From Octopus vulgaris (Eukaryota): a stretch of 64,000 nucleotides of DNA. The notes beneath the pieces were generated by a model. That model did not search any database. It worked only from the letters and a program-made list of their open reading frames with translations, and was not told where the DNA came from. Where the stretch lies: assembly GCA_951406725.2 (NCBI GenBank), contig OX597826.1, forward strand, positions 62,496,001 through 62,560,000. The letters run 5' to 3'. The translations under genes were made by a program, and so were the position numbers. Positions 13,441 to 26,417 of the stretch are shown here, in pieces. Positions within the stretch are counted from its first letter, which is position 1; every line of letters begins with the position of its first letter.

Positions 13441-14771
13441 TATATATAATATCAAACTTCGAAGTTACTGTTAACCCTGTTCTGCTAGATATTATACATA
13501 TCATGCAGAAAAAAGAAGTTCAAAATGCACTGGGATTTGTTTAGATTCTCTATCTTAAAATTTCTTAAGACTTAACAGCTTTTTCTAGTCTTCAAAATTT
13601 GAGACAGAAAGATGTGGAGTTATGCTTCTGATTGGAATTCAAAAACCATCTTGTTTTTATAGGTAGAACATGTCTCAAATTAATATCTGTTTTGAATACG
13701 CTTTGATTTGTCGAGGATGATCACGTGATCAGGTTTAGAAATTTCTGCAAGATCCCCGCTACATCCGTCCTTTAATCTTATGTGTCACTATGTTTGTCGC
13801 CGTTAGTTAAAGTTGTCACGGTTGAGTGAAGATGTCTAGTGACAATCTCTAGCAATCAAGGCTATCTGCATTTTATCTGTGAAATGTAGTAGAGGAAGCT
13901 GTCTTGATTGGTAGCAATCTTAGAAATTTTTGTATGTTCCCCGTGCATTAATATATGACTATGTTTTCTTCACCGACAATCAAGGCTGGCACAGTTGAAT
14001 GAACACATCTAGTGACAGTCCTACAACAAGGTTCTTTAAATTTAATCTGTCGAGTGGTAAACTGGCCAGGAATTATTTCTATGTAGGTTAGTGATTGAAT
14101 GGTTATGGTTTGTGTCTATGCATGCAGGCATCAAATTTAGCTATTAAATATCTTTTTTTCTAAATATTCAACACTTATGTACATGTAGAATCTGTTAGTT
14201 AGCAGTCATGAGTGTGTCCCAAGTTTAGATTGTTAGCCGTATAAATTTAGCATGTCAAGTAGTAGAATAAGATGGTATGTGATTAGTTGTTTGTGAATGT
14301 AGTTTGTCGAAATATATTCGGTCTTGGTTTCTGCTTTCTGTTAATATATTTTAATATATTTTCTTTCTTTATCTGTGATTGGTCTGTGCTATTCACCGAA
14401 CAAACGTAGAGTGAAAAGACCTGGAACTTGGGAGACTTATGTTTTTTGCACAAGTGGCTATCTATCTACTAAGTGGTATCTGTCTCGTACTGGGGTCTCG
14501 TATTTGTTGTCCAGGGATAGAAAGTTTATTACTAATACTAAGTTTTGTTAGACCTATGTAATGTTTGTTACATCCTTTACATTTTCAGAATTTGACGAAC
14601 AGGTAAAATCCTTTTTTTATTGTAAAATATCTGTACTGATTTAAATTTGTATTTATATTTATTGTCTTCATCGAGAGTGAACAAAAACAGATACTCTATG
14701 AAAAGAAGGCAATTTATGATTTCTAATCAGAAGCAAGGCAGTTGCAGCATATGTGTCTGTGTGTGTGTGTA

Positions 14772-14805
<34 letters not shown>

Positions 14806-14808
<3 letters not shown>

Positions 14809-15425
14809 TGCAAATTTATAATACATAGCTATGTAATGCTATTGCACCTGCTATCCACATATGTCACTGCTGGTGATATCAATTTTAAAATTTATCCACA
14901 GATGATATGAACAGTTGTGACATCTGATTTCAAATCTCATTGTTTGAATGTGTTGCTTATAAATTTTTATGCACCATGTGCTCTCTTTTGAGTGCTAAAC
15001 AAAACCAGTCGCACTGTCAGGGTTTAACGTGACAGTTATGGATTATTAGGCCACACTGATGAGGCCCAGTGTTTAAATACCCAAAAGCCGAAACCTGGTT
15101 TGTGGATATCCCTAATTGCATGATATTTTTATTTTGTGCTGTTAAATGTTTGAATCCTTTCTCTTTCCCTCGTATACTGTTTTTCTCTGTTACCTTGGTG
15201 TGGTACGGTGGATTAATTTAAGACTTTAGTTCTAATTTCTAGCAGGTGGATGCTTGTTAAGCATCATTATGCTTCGTGCAAATTTATAATTCATAGCTAT
15301 ATAATGCTATTGCACCTGCGATCCACCTATGTCGCTACTGGTGATATCAATTTTAAACATTATCCCCACAGATGATGTAAAGAGTAGTGACATCTGGTTT
15401 CAAATCTCGGTGTTTGAATGTTTTG

Positions 15426-15430
<5 letters not shown>
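14806..15430 (+). mobile_element. About 1.3 tandem copies of a 468-bp hammerhead-bearing unit (retrozyme or Penelope pseudo-LTR-like), flanked by (TA)n
   Basis: 14806-14961 (TCGTGCAAATTTATAA...TTGAATGTGTTGCTTATA) recurs with substitutions at 15274-15430. The hammerhead lies between the two copies, and (TA)n runs abut both ends. Confidence 0.7.
15045..15116 (+). ncRNA. Type I hammerhead ribozyme motif with intact core
   Basis: ATTAGG-CCACA CTGATGA GGC...GCC GAAA CC T GG T T | TGTGG atatc CCTAAT. Stem I is CCACA/TGTGG, extended by ATTAGG/CCTAAT across a 5-nt bulge. Core CTGATGA at 15056-15062, stem II GGC/GCC, GAAA at 15090-15093, near-palindromic stem III ACCTGGT. GUU triplet with predicted cleavage after 15100. 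Confidence 0.8.
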
Positions 15431-15459
<29 letters not shown>

Positions 15460-15463
<4 letters not shown>

Positions 15464-15612
15464 ATCCAAACAAGAAAACACAGAAAAAAACACACCAACG
15501 CGAGGACGTGGAACAATTAAAGTATTATTTGACGCTCAGGAAAGAAGGGAAGGAGGGTTTAACGTTTCGAGTGGAGCTCTTCGTCGGAAACAAGGAGAAG
15601 GAAAGATCCCGA
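15460..15612 (-). mobile_element. Short (TA)n-flanked element with a minimal hammerhead motif at 15557-15591
   Basis: The minus strand reads GTTT CCGACGA A GAG ctcca CTC GAAA C GT T AAAC cctccttcccttctttcctgagcgtc. U4 is replaced by C and stem III is the palindrome ACGT. A homologous copy lies at 53183-53292. Confidence 0.65.
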
Positions 15613-16569
15613 TATATATATATATATATATTTGTAACAAGTATTAAGATGCTTGCTATGCTTTTGCGTTTGTTGTCCTCTTTCGCGAATATACATGTGC
15701 TAAATCGGAAACATAAAATGGATCCATAACTTCCGTCTCATCAACTAATACCCACCGTATCTATTCGTTTAGATCACCAGTGAACTAAACCCCCGTATTA
15801 TGTATGTGTGTGCGCGCGTGTCTGTGTGTATGTCTGTGTGTACGTATGAACGTATGTATGTAACATGCATAATTTTACGACATCTTTATATTGCAGCCTT
15901 TCTTGTGGACGTGCATATTAGAATAATTGAATTTGGCATTGATATTGCGAAACAATACTAATTAACTCATTGATTTCTTTGCTATCACCAAAATATTGCC
16001 TTTGTTTTTCTTTCTTTTACCTCACTCTATCAGTATTACTCTATCTCTCTATCTGCCTTTCCGTTTGACTCACTTTCTTCTTCTCTACATCATATAGACA
16101 TTTTTCTACCATTTGTTTCTATATGAATATTTCATTCCTTCTTTGTCTCTTCCACAATATAATTATTCTTACCTTTCTTTGTTTTTCTAACAAATATTTA
16201 TAGCAATTTCTACATTGGTACATTCGCTAGCTTCATAAAATTCCCTTAAAATTATACGCAAACACTCAAACGGACTCACATATACAGCACGCACAAACAC
16301 TGATGCTCCCGCTCACGTACAATCCTTGATTAACATGTAAGTTATCCTACGCATTATTAATCTGAAATTAATATTTGATATGTAAGAAGACAGTAATGGA
16401 ATCAATAAACCTATCACCTCGAGATTAATTACATGTGCATAAGGTACACGGGTACGTTAGGTACAAATGAAATACGAATGATGTGGAGGTGTGGATGGAC
16501 GCTTTGCGCTTTGCTATATGTGTGATTGTGATAGGCAAGTGAGCATTATGTATGTTTGCTTTTACCTGA

Positions 16570-17180
<611 letters not shown>

Positions 17181-18144
17181 TGACTCGCAAAAAACCCGGA
17201 CGTTTGTACATGAAATGTGTCTGGAATATCATGTAAACATTATATTTTTATTTCAAACTTTAAGTCAGTGTTTCTTAGTCTCTTTGAATTAGTGTTCGGT
17301 ACACATTGCCGAACAAGCAAGAGGTGATTAGCAACCTTTACGTAAAATATATTAAAAAAAAGGTAATAAAAAGAAAATTAATGTCTTAAAGTTAAAACGC
17401 AGAAAAAATGTAAAACAAACTGTTGTTTATTTTGATATATTAATCAGACTAACAAAATTGTGGATGACATCTTTTCCAAAACAAATATTACTATAGATTT
17501 TGTAAATCCGAAAATCATAAATTTTAAAGTTTCGTTTTTAAATTTGCTTTGCGAGGTTCTTGAAGTGAAATCGTGTGTTGAAGCAGATTGAGATGTATTT
17601 TGGAATGGTCTTTATACCAGCGTACGGTTTGAGTGTGAAACACAGTTAATTACGTAAATTCCCAAAGAGACACTACAGCAAAATACGAATATAAGCATTG
17701 TATATAAAGGGTATTAAGTGTTTAAATGTTCACTTCATTTGTACACATAACCCTTTTTTGTATGAGCTTTTGTAGGTTACTGCGTGCATGAGTGATTGTA
17801 TGTGCGTATTTAAAAGACTATGTATGCGTGATTATACACGCACATTCACAAACATACGTACACATCCATGTGTTCATGCGTGTGCAAGTCCGTGTATGCC
17901 AGTGCATGTACACACAGCCTAAGTACGTAAACTGGGATTCCCGCTATCGACTATCATCTTGTTCAATTTGTCAGTTTGAACTTTTACAAAAAATATGACG
18001 TTTCTCTAAATGAATTGTCCTCTGTTAATCTTAAGGTAGATTTTAAAATTAATCTACATTTAACAACATTTGTACGTGTGTGCATGTGTATACATACATA
18101 TATACATATATATGTACGAAATCATGTAATCATTCATAATCTGT

Positions 18145-18169
18145 ATATATATATATATCTATATCAATA

Positions 18170-18203
<34 letters not shown>

Positions 18204-18280
18204 TAGATAGATAGATAGATATATAGAGATATATAGATATATAGATATATATATATAGATATATATATATATATATATAT

Positions 18281-18360
<80 letters not shown>

Positions 18361-18368
18361 GTAGATAG
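18145..18368. repeat. (TA)n(TAGA)n microsatellite
   Basis: Read directly from the sequence. Confidence 0.95.
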
Positions 18369-18862
18369 TTCGCTTGGTTGGTTTTTTTTTTATAGTTTTA
18401 CTAGATAGGTTCAAACACAAAATTAAATTCTAGTTATTAAAATTTGATGGAAGAAAATAAATATGTATCAAAAATATTTACAATCAATAAAATATGCACA
18501 ATCATGCACACACATATGTACAAATGCACTCATACACAGACTCATACATGTACATACATCCTCACCCATTCTCAATACAATGATTAGGGAGGTTTCAACA
18601 AGCCAATAAGTAAAGAGGTTAGACGGTCACAGAACTGGTATGGAATAGCAGCGATTTCTCATTTAAATTTCCACACAACTCTCATAATAAAAGGAGGCTA
18701 CCAACAGCGACGGAAATAACACCATCGAAAACCATTGCAGAGCATCTGGGTGGTAGCCGAGCATGCTGGATATGGTAAAACAACTCTTTCAGATCATATG
18801 CAACAGTTCTTAAAAACGGAAGAGATATATTGGATTTAAAAAAAAAAAAGAGTATAGAAATA

Positions 18863-19007
18863 GGCACAGGAGTGGCTGTGTGGTAAATAGCTTGCTTACC
18901 AACCACATGGTTCCGGTTTCAGTCCCACTGCATGGCACCATGGGCATGTGTCATCTACTGTAGCCTAGTGAGTGGATTTGGTAGACGGAAACTGAAAGAG
19001 GCCCGTC

Positions 19008-19084
<77 letters not shown>

Positions 19085-19305
19085 TGTGTGTCTGTGTATG
19101 TGTGTGTACGTTTGTGTATCTGTGATTGTCCACCAGCATCGCTTGGCAACCGATGCTGGTGTGTTTACGTCCCCGTAACTTAGCGGTTCGGCAAAGAAAA
19201 ACAATAGAATAAGTACTAGGCTTCCGATATTTTTCTCGACTAAAGGCGGTGCTCCAGTATGGCCAAAGTCAAATGAGTGAAACATATAAAAGAAGAAAAA
19301 AAGAA
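18863..19305 (+). mobile_element. tRNA-derived SINE family A, near full length
   Basis: GGCACAGGAGTGGCTGTGTGGTAA head, internal (TA)n(TG)n, 3' GGCGGTGCTCCAGTATGGCC... Confidence 0.9.
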
Positions 19306-19675
19306 TAAACATTCCGTGAAGATTTAGCGGAGGATCAAGTTGCAATTCTTGCGATTAAGTTCTGGCAGGTTAGTCTCAGTAAAGCGTAAGCTGTCCATTG
19401 TAAATGGAGAAATGGAGAAGCCGATACCACACACCACTTCCTGAAGGCGAAGTCTGCGATGCCATGGAAACATTGAAAAAGATGAAGTATAAATGTCAGT
19501 TAAGCAGATAGGTGAAAACTTTATGAAAAACAACGAAAGTAGGATATAGTGGAGTTTTTAATATAACACATATAATACATACACAAGCACAGAAACAAAT
19601 ATATTTATACACACATATAAATACATATATACATACATACATACAGTTAAGGGTGTGTCTGTGTGTATGTGTGTT

Positions 19676-19724
<49 letters not shown>

Positions 19725-20017
19725 CCGTATTTGTATATGAATGTAGGTGTCGATTCTTGTATGTTTACGTGTGTCAGTGTGTGTTTGTATGTATACGGTT
19801 AGGTGCTTATATGCGTTTACTGGGCGTGAAAAAGCTGTTGCCTTGTTTTGCATACAGTCCTGTGTTCTACGTTGTTTTACTACTTAATATTAATGTAAGC
19901 ATATATTAATATTTAATAACTTCACCCAATATTGTTAGTTATAAAAAAATTAGCTATTCCAGCACACACACACATACATATAGACGTACACAGGCGTCTG
20001 TATATGTATATGTATGT

Positions 20018-20056
<39 letters not shown>

Positions 20057-20194
20057 AAAATACATACATATATACAAATTCCCACACACACCGATGCACA
20101 CATACACACATATATATGTATGTATATATATATATATATGTGTGTGTATGTATATATGTATGTATATATATATATATGTATATATGTATATATG

Positions 20195-20258
<64 letters not shown>

Positions 20259-20574
20259 CATGTGAGTGTATGTGTATAAATACATACACACACATCGTTA
20301 TTTAAGTTTTTCTTATATTTGCTTTTTAGACATACTGATATTATAGGCATCACATTGCTCCGTTGGCCAGAAAAGTATCGGATGTACATATATACCAGGA
20401 AGGAAGAGACCGTACATTCAACCAGCCATTCACCATTTAGTCATCCATCCATCCATTCATACACGCATATATACATGCAGGCATACTTACATACAATACC
20501 AGTACACAAACTATACATACATGCATTTACAATAAGCATACGCATGTCTGTGTCTATCTATGTATATATATATA

Positions 20575-20987
20575 GAATTAAAATCAAACCGGCGAAAACT
20601 ACTGCAGTGAATTATTTATGCAGTATTTATTTCCGGAAATTTGGCGCGCTAGAACGAGTGCATTTGAATATAACTGCGAATATAATAGGCTGAACTACTC
20701 GTATTTTTGACCTCGTGTTAATATCTGGCGTGCAGTTCGCCAAATTATATTTTATGACGAATCTCACTGATGATCTGTAGATTAATTGTGTAAGTAAAAT
20801 TGCATAATTTATTAACAGTGAAACAATTGTATGGGGTTAATCTATATTTTTGTTATTTTCTATTTGTCCTGCTCGCTTACGTTCATAGTGTGCTAAATTT
20901 TTCTTGAGAACAATTCTTAGTGGTTGAGACCCTTGGGGATCTATCTTTAGCGTAAGAGCGTCTACATAGTGGATTCTCTCTCATATT

Positions 20988-20992
<5 letters not shown>
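20575..20992 (+). mobile_element. Non-coding, (TA)n-flanked, hammerhead-bearing element (Penelope-like terminal fragment)
   Basis: A block of unique sequence about 420 bp long, bounded by (TA)n on both sides, contains the 20761-20837 hammerhead. It has no ORF with recognisable homology. Confidence 0.5.
20761..20837 (+). ncRNA. Type I hammerhead ribozyme motif with long stem II
   Basis: ATCTCA CTGATGA t CTGT..AATTGTGTAA gtaaaa TTGCATAATT..ACAG t GAAA CAATTG T A | TGGGGT. Stem I is ATCTCA/TGGGGT with G:U pairs, stem III is the palindrome ACAATTGT, and the triplet is GUA with cleavage after 20831. The 10.1-11.1 pair is T:T rather than G:C. Confidence 0.65.
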
Positions 20993-21047
<55 letters not shown>

Positions 21048-21241
21048 ATATTTTACAAATCTCGTGTTCCTTTGGAATAAAATATATACAAGCGTGTACA
21101 TGTAGATGTACGCATTTACACACATATATGTAAATATATATAGTATTTCTCATCTCTTCCCGAAGCGTATAAACTAATACATATGTTATATATGTTATAT
21201 ATATACCTGTCTTCGTCTCATGTGTTTCTGTAAATTCCAAC

Positions 21242-21272
<31 letters not shown>

Positions 21273-21277
<5 letters not shown>

Positions 21278-21354
21278 CGTACACTCGCGCACACACACAC
21301 ATGCAGACATACACACATACATACGCAAACACACGCATCTCTCTCTCTATATGC

Positions 21355-21388
<34 letters not shown>

Positions 21389-21547
21389 GTATATATGTGT
21401 GTGTGTGTGTGTGTCTATATATATATATATACATATATCAACACAAACATACATATATATATATGCATATAGAGAGAGATATGCGTGTGTTTGCGTATGT
21501 ATGTGTATATTGTGTGCATATGTGCGTGTGCGCGAGTGTATGTCTGT
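21273..21547. repeat. Inverted duplication of a compound microsatellite block
   Basis: ACAGACGTACACTCGCGC...CATACGCAAACACACGCATCTCTCTCTCTATATGC is mirrored by GCATATAGAGAGAGATATGCGTGTGTTTGCGTATG...GCGCGAGTGTATGTCTGT. Confidence 0.8.
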
Positions 21548-22324
21548 GTATGCATGTGCGAGTGTGTGTGTGTGTGTCTATACGTGTGTGTGCCTTAATG
21601 TAATGGTTAGATGCAGAAACTGGTAGAAAATGCATTTTTCCCTTTTGCACTTTCTAAACTAAATAAGTGACAAGTCGATACGGTTTCTTGTAATTTACGC
21701 GGTCGATAAAATAATTACCAATCAATAAAAGAAACATATGGATATCATCGATTACACAAACTAAGAAATTGCACGGCATTCAGTCTATATTCTTAGTAAT
21801 GCACCTGAACATGTGTATATATGTATGTATATATGTGTGTGTGTATGTGTGTATTGTATTGTATACCTGTGTATATGTGTAACACAGTTGGAAGTGACAC
21901 TTGTGCTTGCAGCTTTAATAGATATTCGTGATATATTCTCGAACAAAGGATGTATAGGTATCAGGGGACACATGCATCAAGATGTTCTCCATTCATTATA
22001 ATGATAACGTCAAACCAATAATGAAACTTTAACTGAGTTCTCGACCTGTCAAAAACCACATCACCTTTAAATGACACTGATGTACGATGTGCAAAAAATC
22101 TTGTGGACACAGTCGAAATGCCTCTTAGAACTGACCACTTGGAAAAAAACGTTATCCAATATTTAACTGCAAACAATCATATTTTTTCCATATCTAGATC
22201 ACAGTTCCTATTGATACCATGAATTAGATTACTGCTCTTATTTTTTACATGAAGGTGGAAATAAATGCTTATTGAACTTATATATTTGTATAAAATTGTG
22301 TATGTACACATACACACACAATCT

Positions 22325-22845
22325 TGCGAAGCTACACACAGAAGACCGTCTCAATGTGATATGTCAGCCACGGGAAGTGGCCGGAAAAGTGAAGACTTTA
22401 CTCCCTAAAACGAACGCGGAAAATGTATGCATTGATGTACATCTCTGAAAATTCTGGAAAATCTTGAAATCTGGAAGTGACAAGAAACAGCAGAAATGGG
22501 TACCACTGTATAGTGCCAAATATCCCAACATTGCCATCAGAAAACGCGACCAGATAGGGCAAGACCTTGAGTTTCAAAGACACATAGCTTTTCGATATCC
22601 TTTCACAATGACTGACAGAGCTATAACAAGGGTGCGTGCAGCTGTTTTCGAAACAGAACTGGATATATTTCTGTCTACAGCCCCGGAAGAATCCACCTCG
22701 TATCAAGAAACACAGATAAGGGAGTAACACCAAAATCACTTATTCACTGAGCATCGCATATCAGAATAGGCTTCAAGTACTGAAAATGTAGCAGAGCTAA
22801 TGTTGGTGTCCCCGAATAGCCACAGCACGAGAGCTGAATCTAATA
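22325..22845 (+). mobile_element. CR1-like LINE 3' fragment, degenerate
   Basis: RLYSLKRTRKMYALMYI (cf. LYSLERRRERY), GYHCIVPNIPTLPS and AVFETELDIFLSTAPEESTSYQETQIR (cf. FK..LD.FL..VPDEP), with stops and frameshifts. Confidence 0.75.
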
Positions 22846-22876
22846 AAAGCATATATTTATGTATATATATATATAT

Positions 22877-23044
22877 CTCCTTGTTTCTCCCCTTGTTTCT
22901 TTTCTGAGTATCTTCCTGTCGAAGAGCGTAGGCTCGAAACGTAAAAGACTTGTTCTATTTGTATTCCTGAGCGCCATACTAATACATTTGTTTGTTTGGA
23001 CTCCACCTGCCTTCGTCTTTTGTTCATTTTCGTAAACCTTCCCG

Positions 23045-23046
<2 letters not shown>
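22877..23046 (+). mobile_element. Short (TA)n-flanked element with a minimal hammerhead-like motif at 22911-22948
   Basis: TCTTC CTGTCGA A GAG cgtagg CTC GAAA C GT A AAAGA, followed by TTCCTGAGCGCCATACTAATAC...CTTCGTCTTTTG. Related pieces lie at 21142-21242 (+) and 52195-52290 (-). The core has T in place of A6. Confidence 0.65.
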
Positions 23047-23099
<53 letters not shown>

Positions 23100-23528
23100 A
23101 AGAGAGAGATAAATATAGACGTATACTTACATAAATACGTATGTATATATATATATATATATTTATATATGTATATATAAGTATGTATATATATCGAATA
23201 AGCATCAACTATGATCTCCTAACATTTCGACATTGAGACATAAAAGGCTTCAATAAATTTTGTATAATTCTCCAAATTTGCAGGCCGTTTTGTTGCACAT
23301 ACACATAAAACTTAGAGTAACTATATGGCAGAATGTTTGATTTATGAATAAATAATTTGCTGTCCGATTTGTGACTAAGTTGAGAAAAGAATGGAGGCGG
23401 AGAAATGCTTTCGATGAAATAAATTACATGGGGCTGTGAGTTCTTACTTTGTTTCGGTCCAAGTGTTTTCTATATATATACATATACAAACTAACATACA
23501 CACGCACATACACACACATACACACACT

Positions 23529-23583
<55 letters not shown>

Positions 23584-24664
23584 ATATATATATATATATG
23601 TGTGTATATATATATATATATGCCTATATAAATAGTCATACATACATCGTGTATTTGTATTTCTGTATATATACATATACTAACAGATTTGAAAGCTGAA
23701 TAACAAGGTTATTGAAAATGCATTCATTCAGGCATGGTGAATATATAGATTCTCAGGCACACACAAACACACGAACATACCCATACACATACACACACAT
23801 GCACAAACGAATGTAGATATGTGTGTGTATATACATATATATGCTCCTATATGTGCGTATGGTGGTGAATATATATATATATGTATATATATATAGGTAT
23901 ATATACACGTGTGTGTATTTGTGTTTGCATGTGTCTGCGTGTGTGGTAGTACGTGTTTGCATGGCCTTGTGTGTGCGTTTGTGTATGTATATGACTTCGC
24001 ATGTTTGTAACAAGAATACGTGAATGCTGCTGACCAATTGGATAGATAGTAACATAAATTTATTGAGCAATATCACATATACAAAGAACCCATAGACTAA
24101 ATATAGATATTTAACGTAGCATAAAAATGTCAAGAATTCAGCTTACTATATTTTGCAATTCACAATCTTACGAAATATTATCCTGACTTTTGTTAACCGA
24201 CATTTAGAACTGGTCTCTTCTTGTATGCATGAATGGTTTTAAATGCTCAGATGTTTTAAAATGTATTGCAGATTAAATTATTGAAAATACTCAATGGTGG
24301 TGACTTTCAAATGGAATATCCTTGATAACACTTTGAACAAAAGCGTATTATTTCTTTCAAGCCCAAAGTTTACTGAATAATTGAATATATCAAGACAGTT
24401 TATTTTAAGATTATGCACGCCCGTTCAAATAGACCTAACAGCTATGCCTTAGGGAACTTGTTTCTCACTCATATTTTGATTCTCTACCTATTTTTATCTA
24501 ATAAGTTCTCTATTCCATCACCGATAATTTTTTGGTAGTTTTTACTATCATTATATATGCAAAATTCTCTCAGTTCTTTCTTCATTACAGCTCCGAGAGT
24601 ACCTAAGAAGAGCCTAAAGAATATCGTATTTGTAAATTTTGAGAGCTTCATAAAATATCGACAC

Positions 24665-24737
<73 letters not shown>

Positions 24738-24889
24738 TATATACATATGTGTGTGTGTGTGTATCATATATATTTTTTTTCTAGTTTCAGCTCACAGCTG
24801 CGGCCATGCTGATGCACCGCCGTTATATATATATATATATAAATATACGAGAAAGAAGCAACAAGAATGGATAGGTTTTTAGTACAATC

Positions 24890-24981
<92 letters not shown>

Positions 24982-24992
24982 ACAAACACACA

Positions 24993-25025
<33 letters not shown>

Positions 25026-26063
25026 CTTTAGAGAGAGAGAGAGAGAAAGACGAAGGGTGATAGAGAGTCAGTAGCAGAAAGCTAAATTTAATAGCAGATC
25101 GACGCGTAGTAAAGGCAACTGAGAAAGTGTGAATACGTACGTGTATGTGCATTTGACTATGTGAGAACTGGAGATACAAAGAATGAGCGAATAAAATCTG
25201 CAAATATGTGAGTATCTGGGTATTTGTTAAGATTGTGAAATATTAGCAAGGAAACATTGTTCTTTCACCTATAGGTCAGATCATCTCTTACTGCAAACTC
25301 ACAAGTGATTTGTACACTTGACAAATTGATAATTGAAATGAGGAGAGATCACCTCTGCCCTCACAAATATTTCAAGACTTCAGCTTGAATTTAATTCTAA
25401 TAAACGATTCTATTCTCCGAGAGCAGTTTTGTAACATCTAAATATAGTGCAAGGTCACTCTTTACTTTCGCATTAAAGTCTATTGTATAGAAATATATTT
25501 ACGTTTCCACTTATCAACTGTTAATATGCATATTATAGCTTGGAACTTCAAATCCAAGTAAACATTTCATTGAAGTGTGTATGTGTGTGTGAGTGTGAGG
25601 AGGTGTGTGTATATACACGCACACGCACGCATATATATATATATATATGCATATATGTACATATATTTATTATGCATTTATGGGTATATATATATATATA
25701 TACATATGTATATAAATATATAGAACTATATGTATCTAAATGCATATACATATATATGTATATACACACACACACAAAGCTATATATATATGTGTGTGTG
25801 TGTGTGTGTATAGAGATTATATTAATATTATATATTATTTATATTATATTGATTTAAGTGTGACTTTAAATTTCGCCTTTAATGTTAAAGGTGAAACTTG
25901 AAGTTCCTGTTAAATCAATATCGCCACTATATTCTACTCTACAAATAATGAATTTGGCCATCACTTTACGCATTCTAGTTTTCTATAAGGCCATCAAGAA
26001 TACCAATTAATACATGTTAATAGACACTTACATGCGTACACGTACACTCACAACACAGATGAC

Positions 26064-26102
<39 letters not shown>

Positions 26103-26149
26103 TTATATATATATGTATATATATATAATATATTTATATATATATATAT

Positions 26150-26210
<61 letters not shown>

Positions 26211-26247
26211 CTCTGAGCGAGGTATAAATATATATACATATATAATA

Positions 26248-26368
26248 TTAGGTTGACCGGAAGATATGATTCACCCGCAGCGTTATACACAAACGAGTGA
26301 GATTTTACAACCGAAGTATTATTAATCCCAGACAAACTCAATATATATAATAATTTTCTTTCAACTAA
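26248..26368. mobile_element. Tiny mariner-derived MITE or remnant
   Basis: TA|TTAGGTTGACCGGAAGATATGAT ... ATAATTTTCTTTCAACTAA|TA, which are degenerate mariner-type TIRs. Confidence 0.4.
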
Positions 26369-26417
26369 TAATACTTAGAGCTTTCGTCATTAAATATTTA
26401 TTAATCATACCAAAAGC

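Noticed and set aside
21961-22223. Open frames on both strands in non-repetitive sequence
   Set aside because: They are short, have no recognisable domain and lack convincing splice sites.
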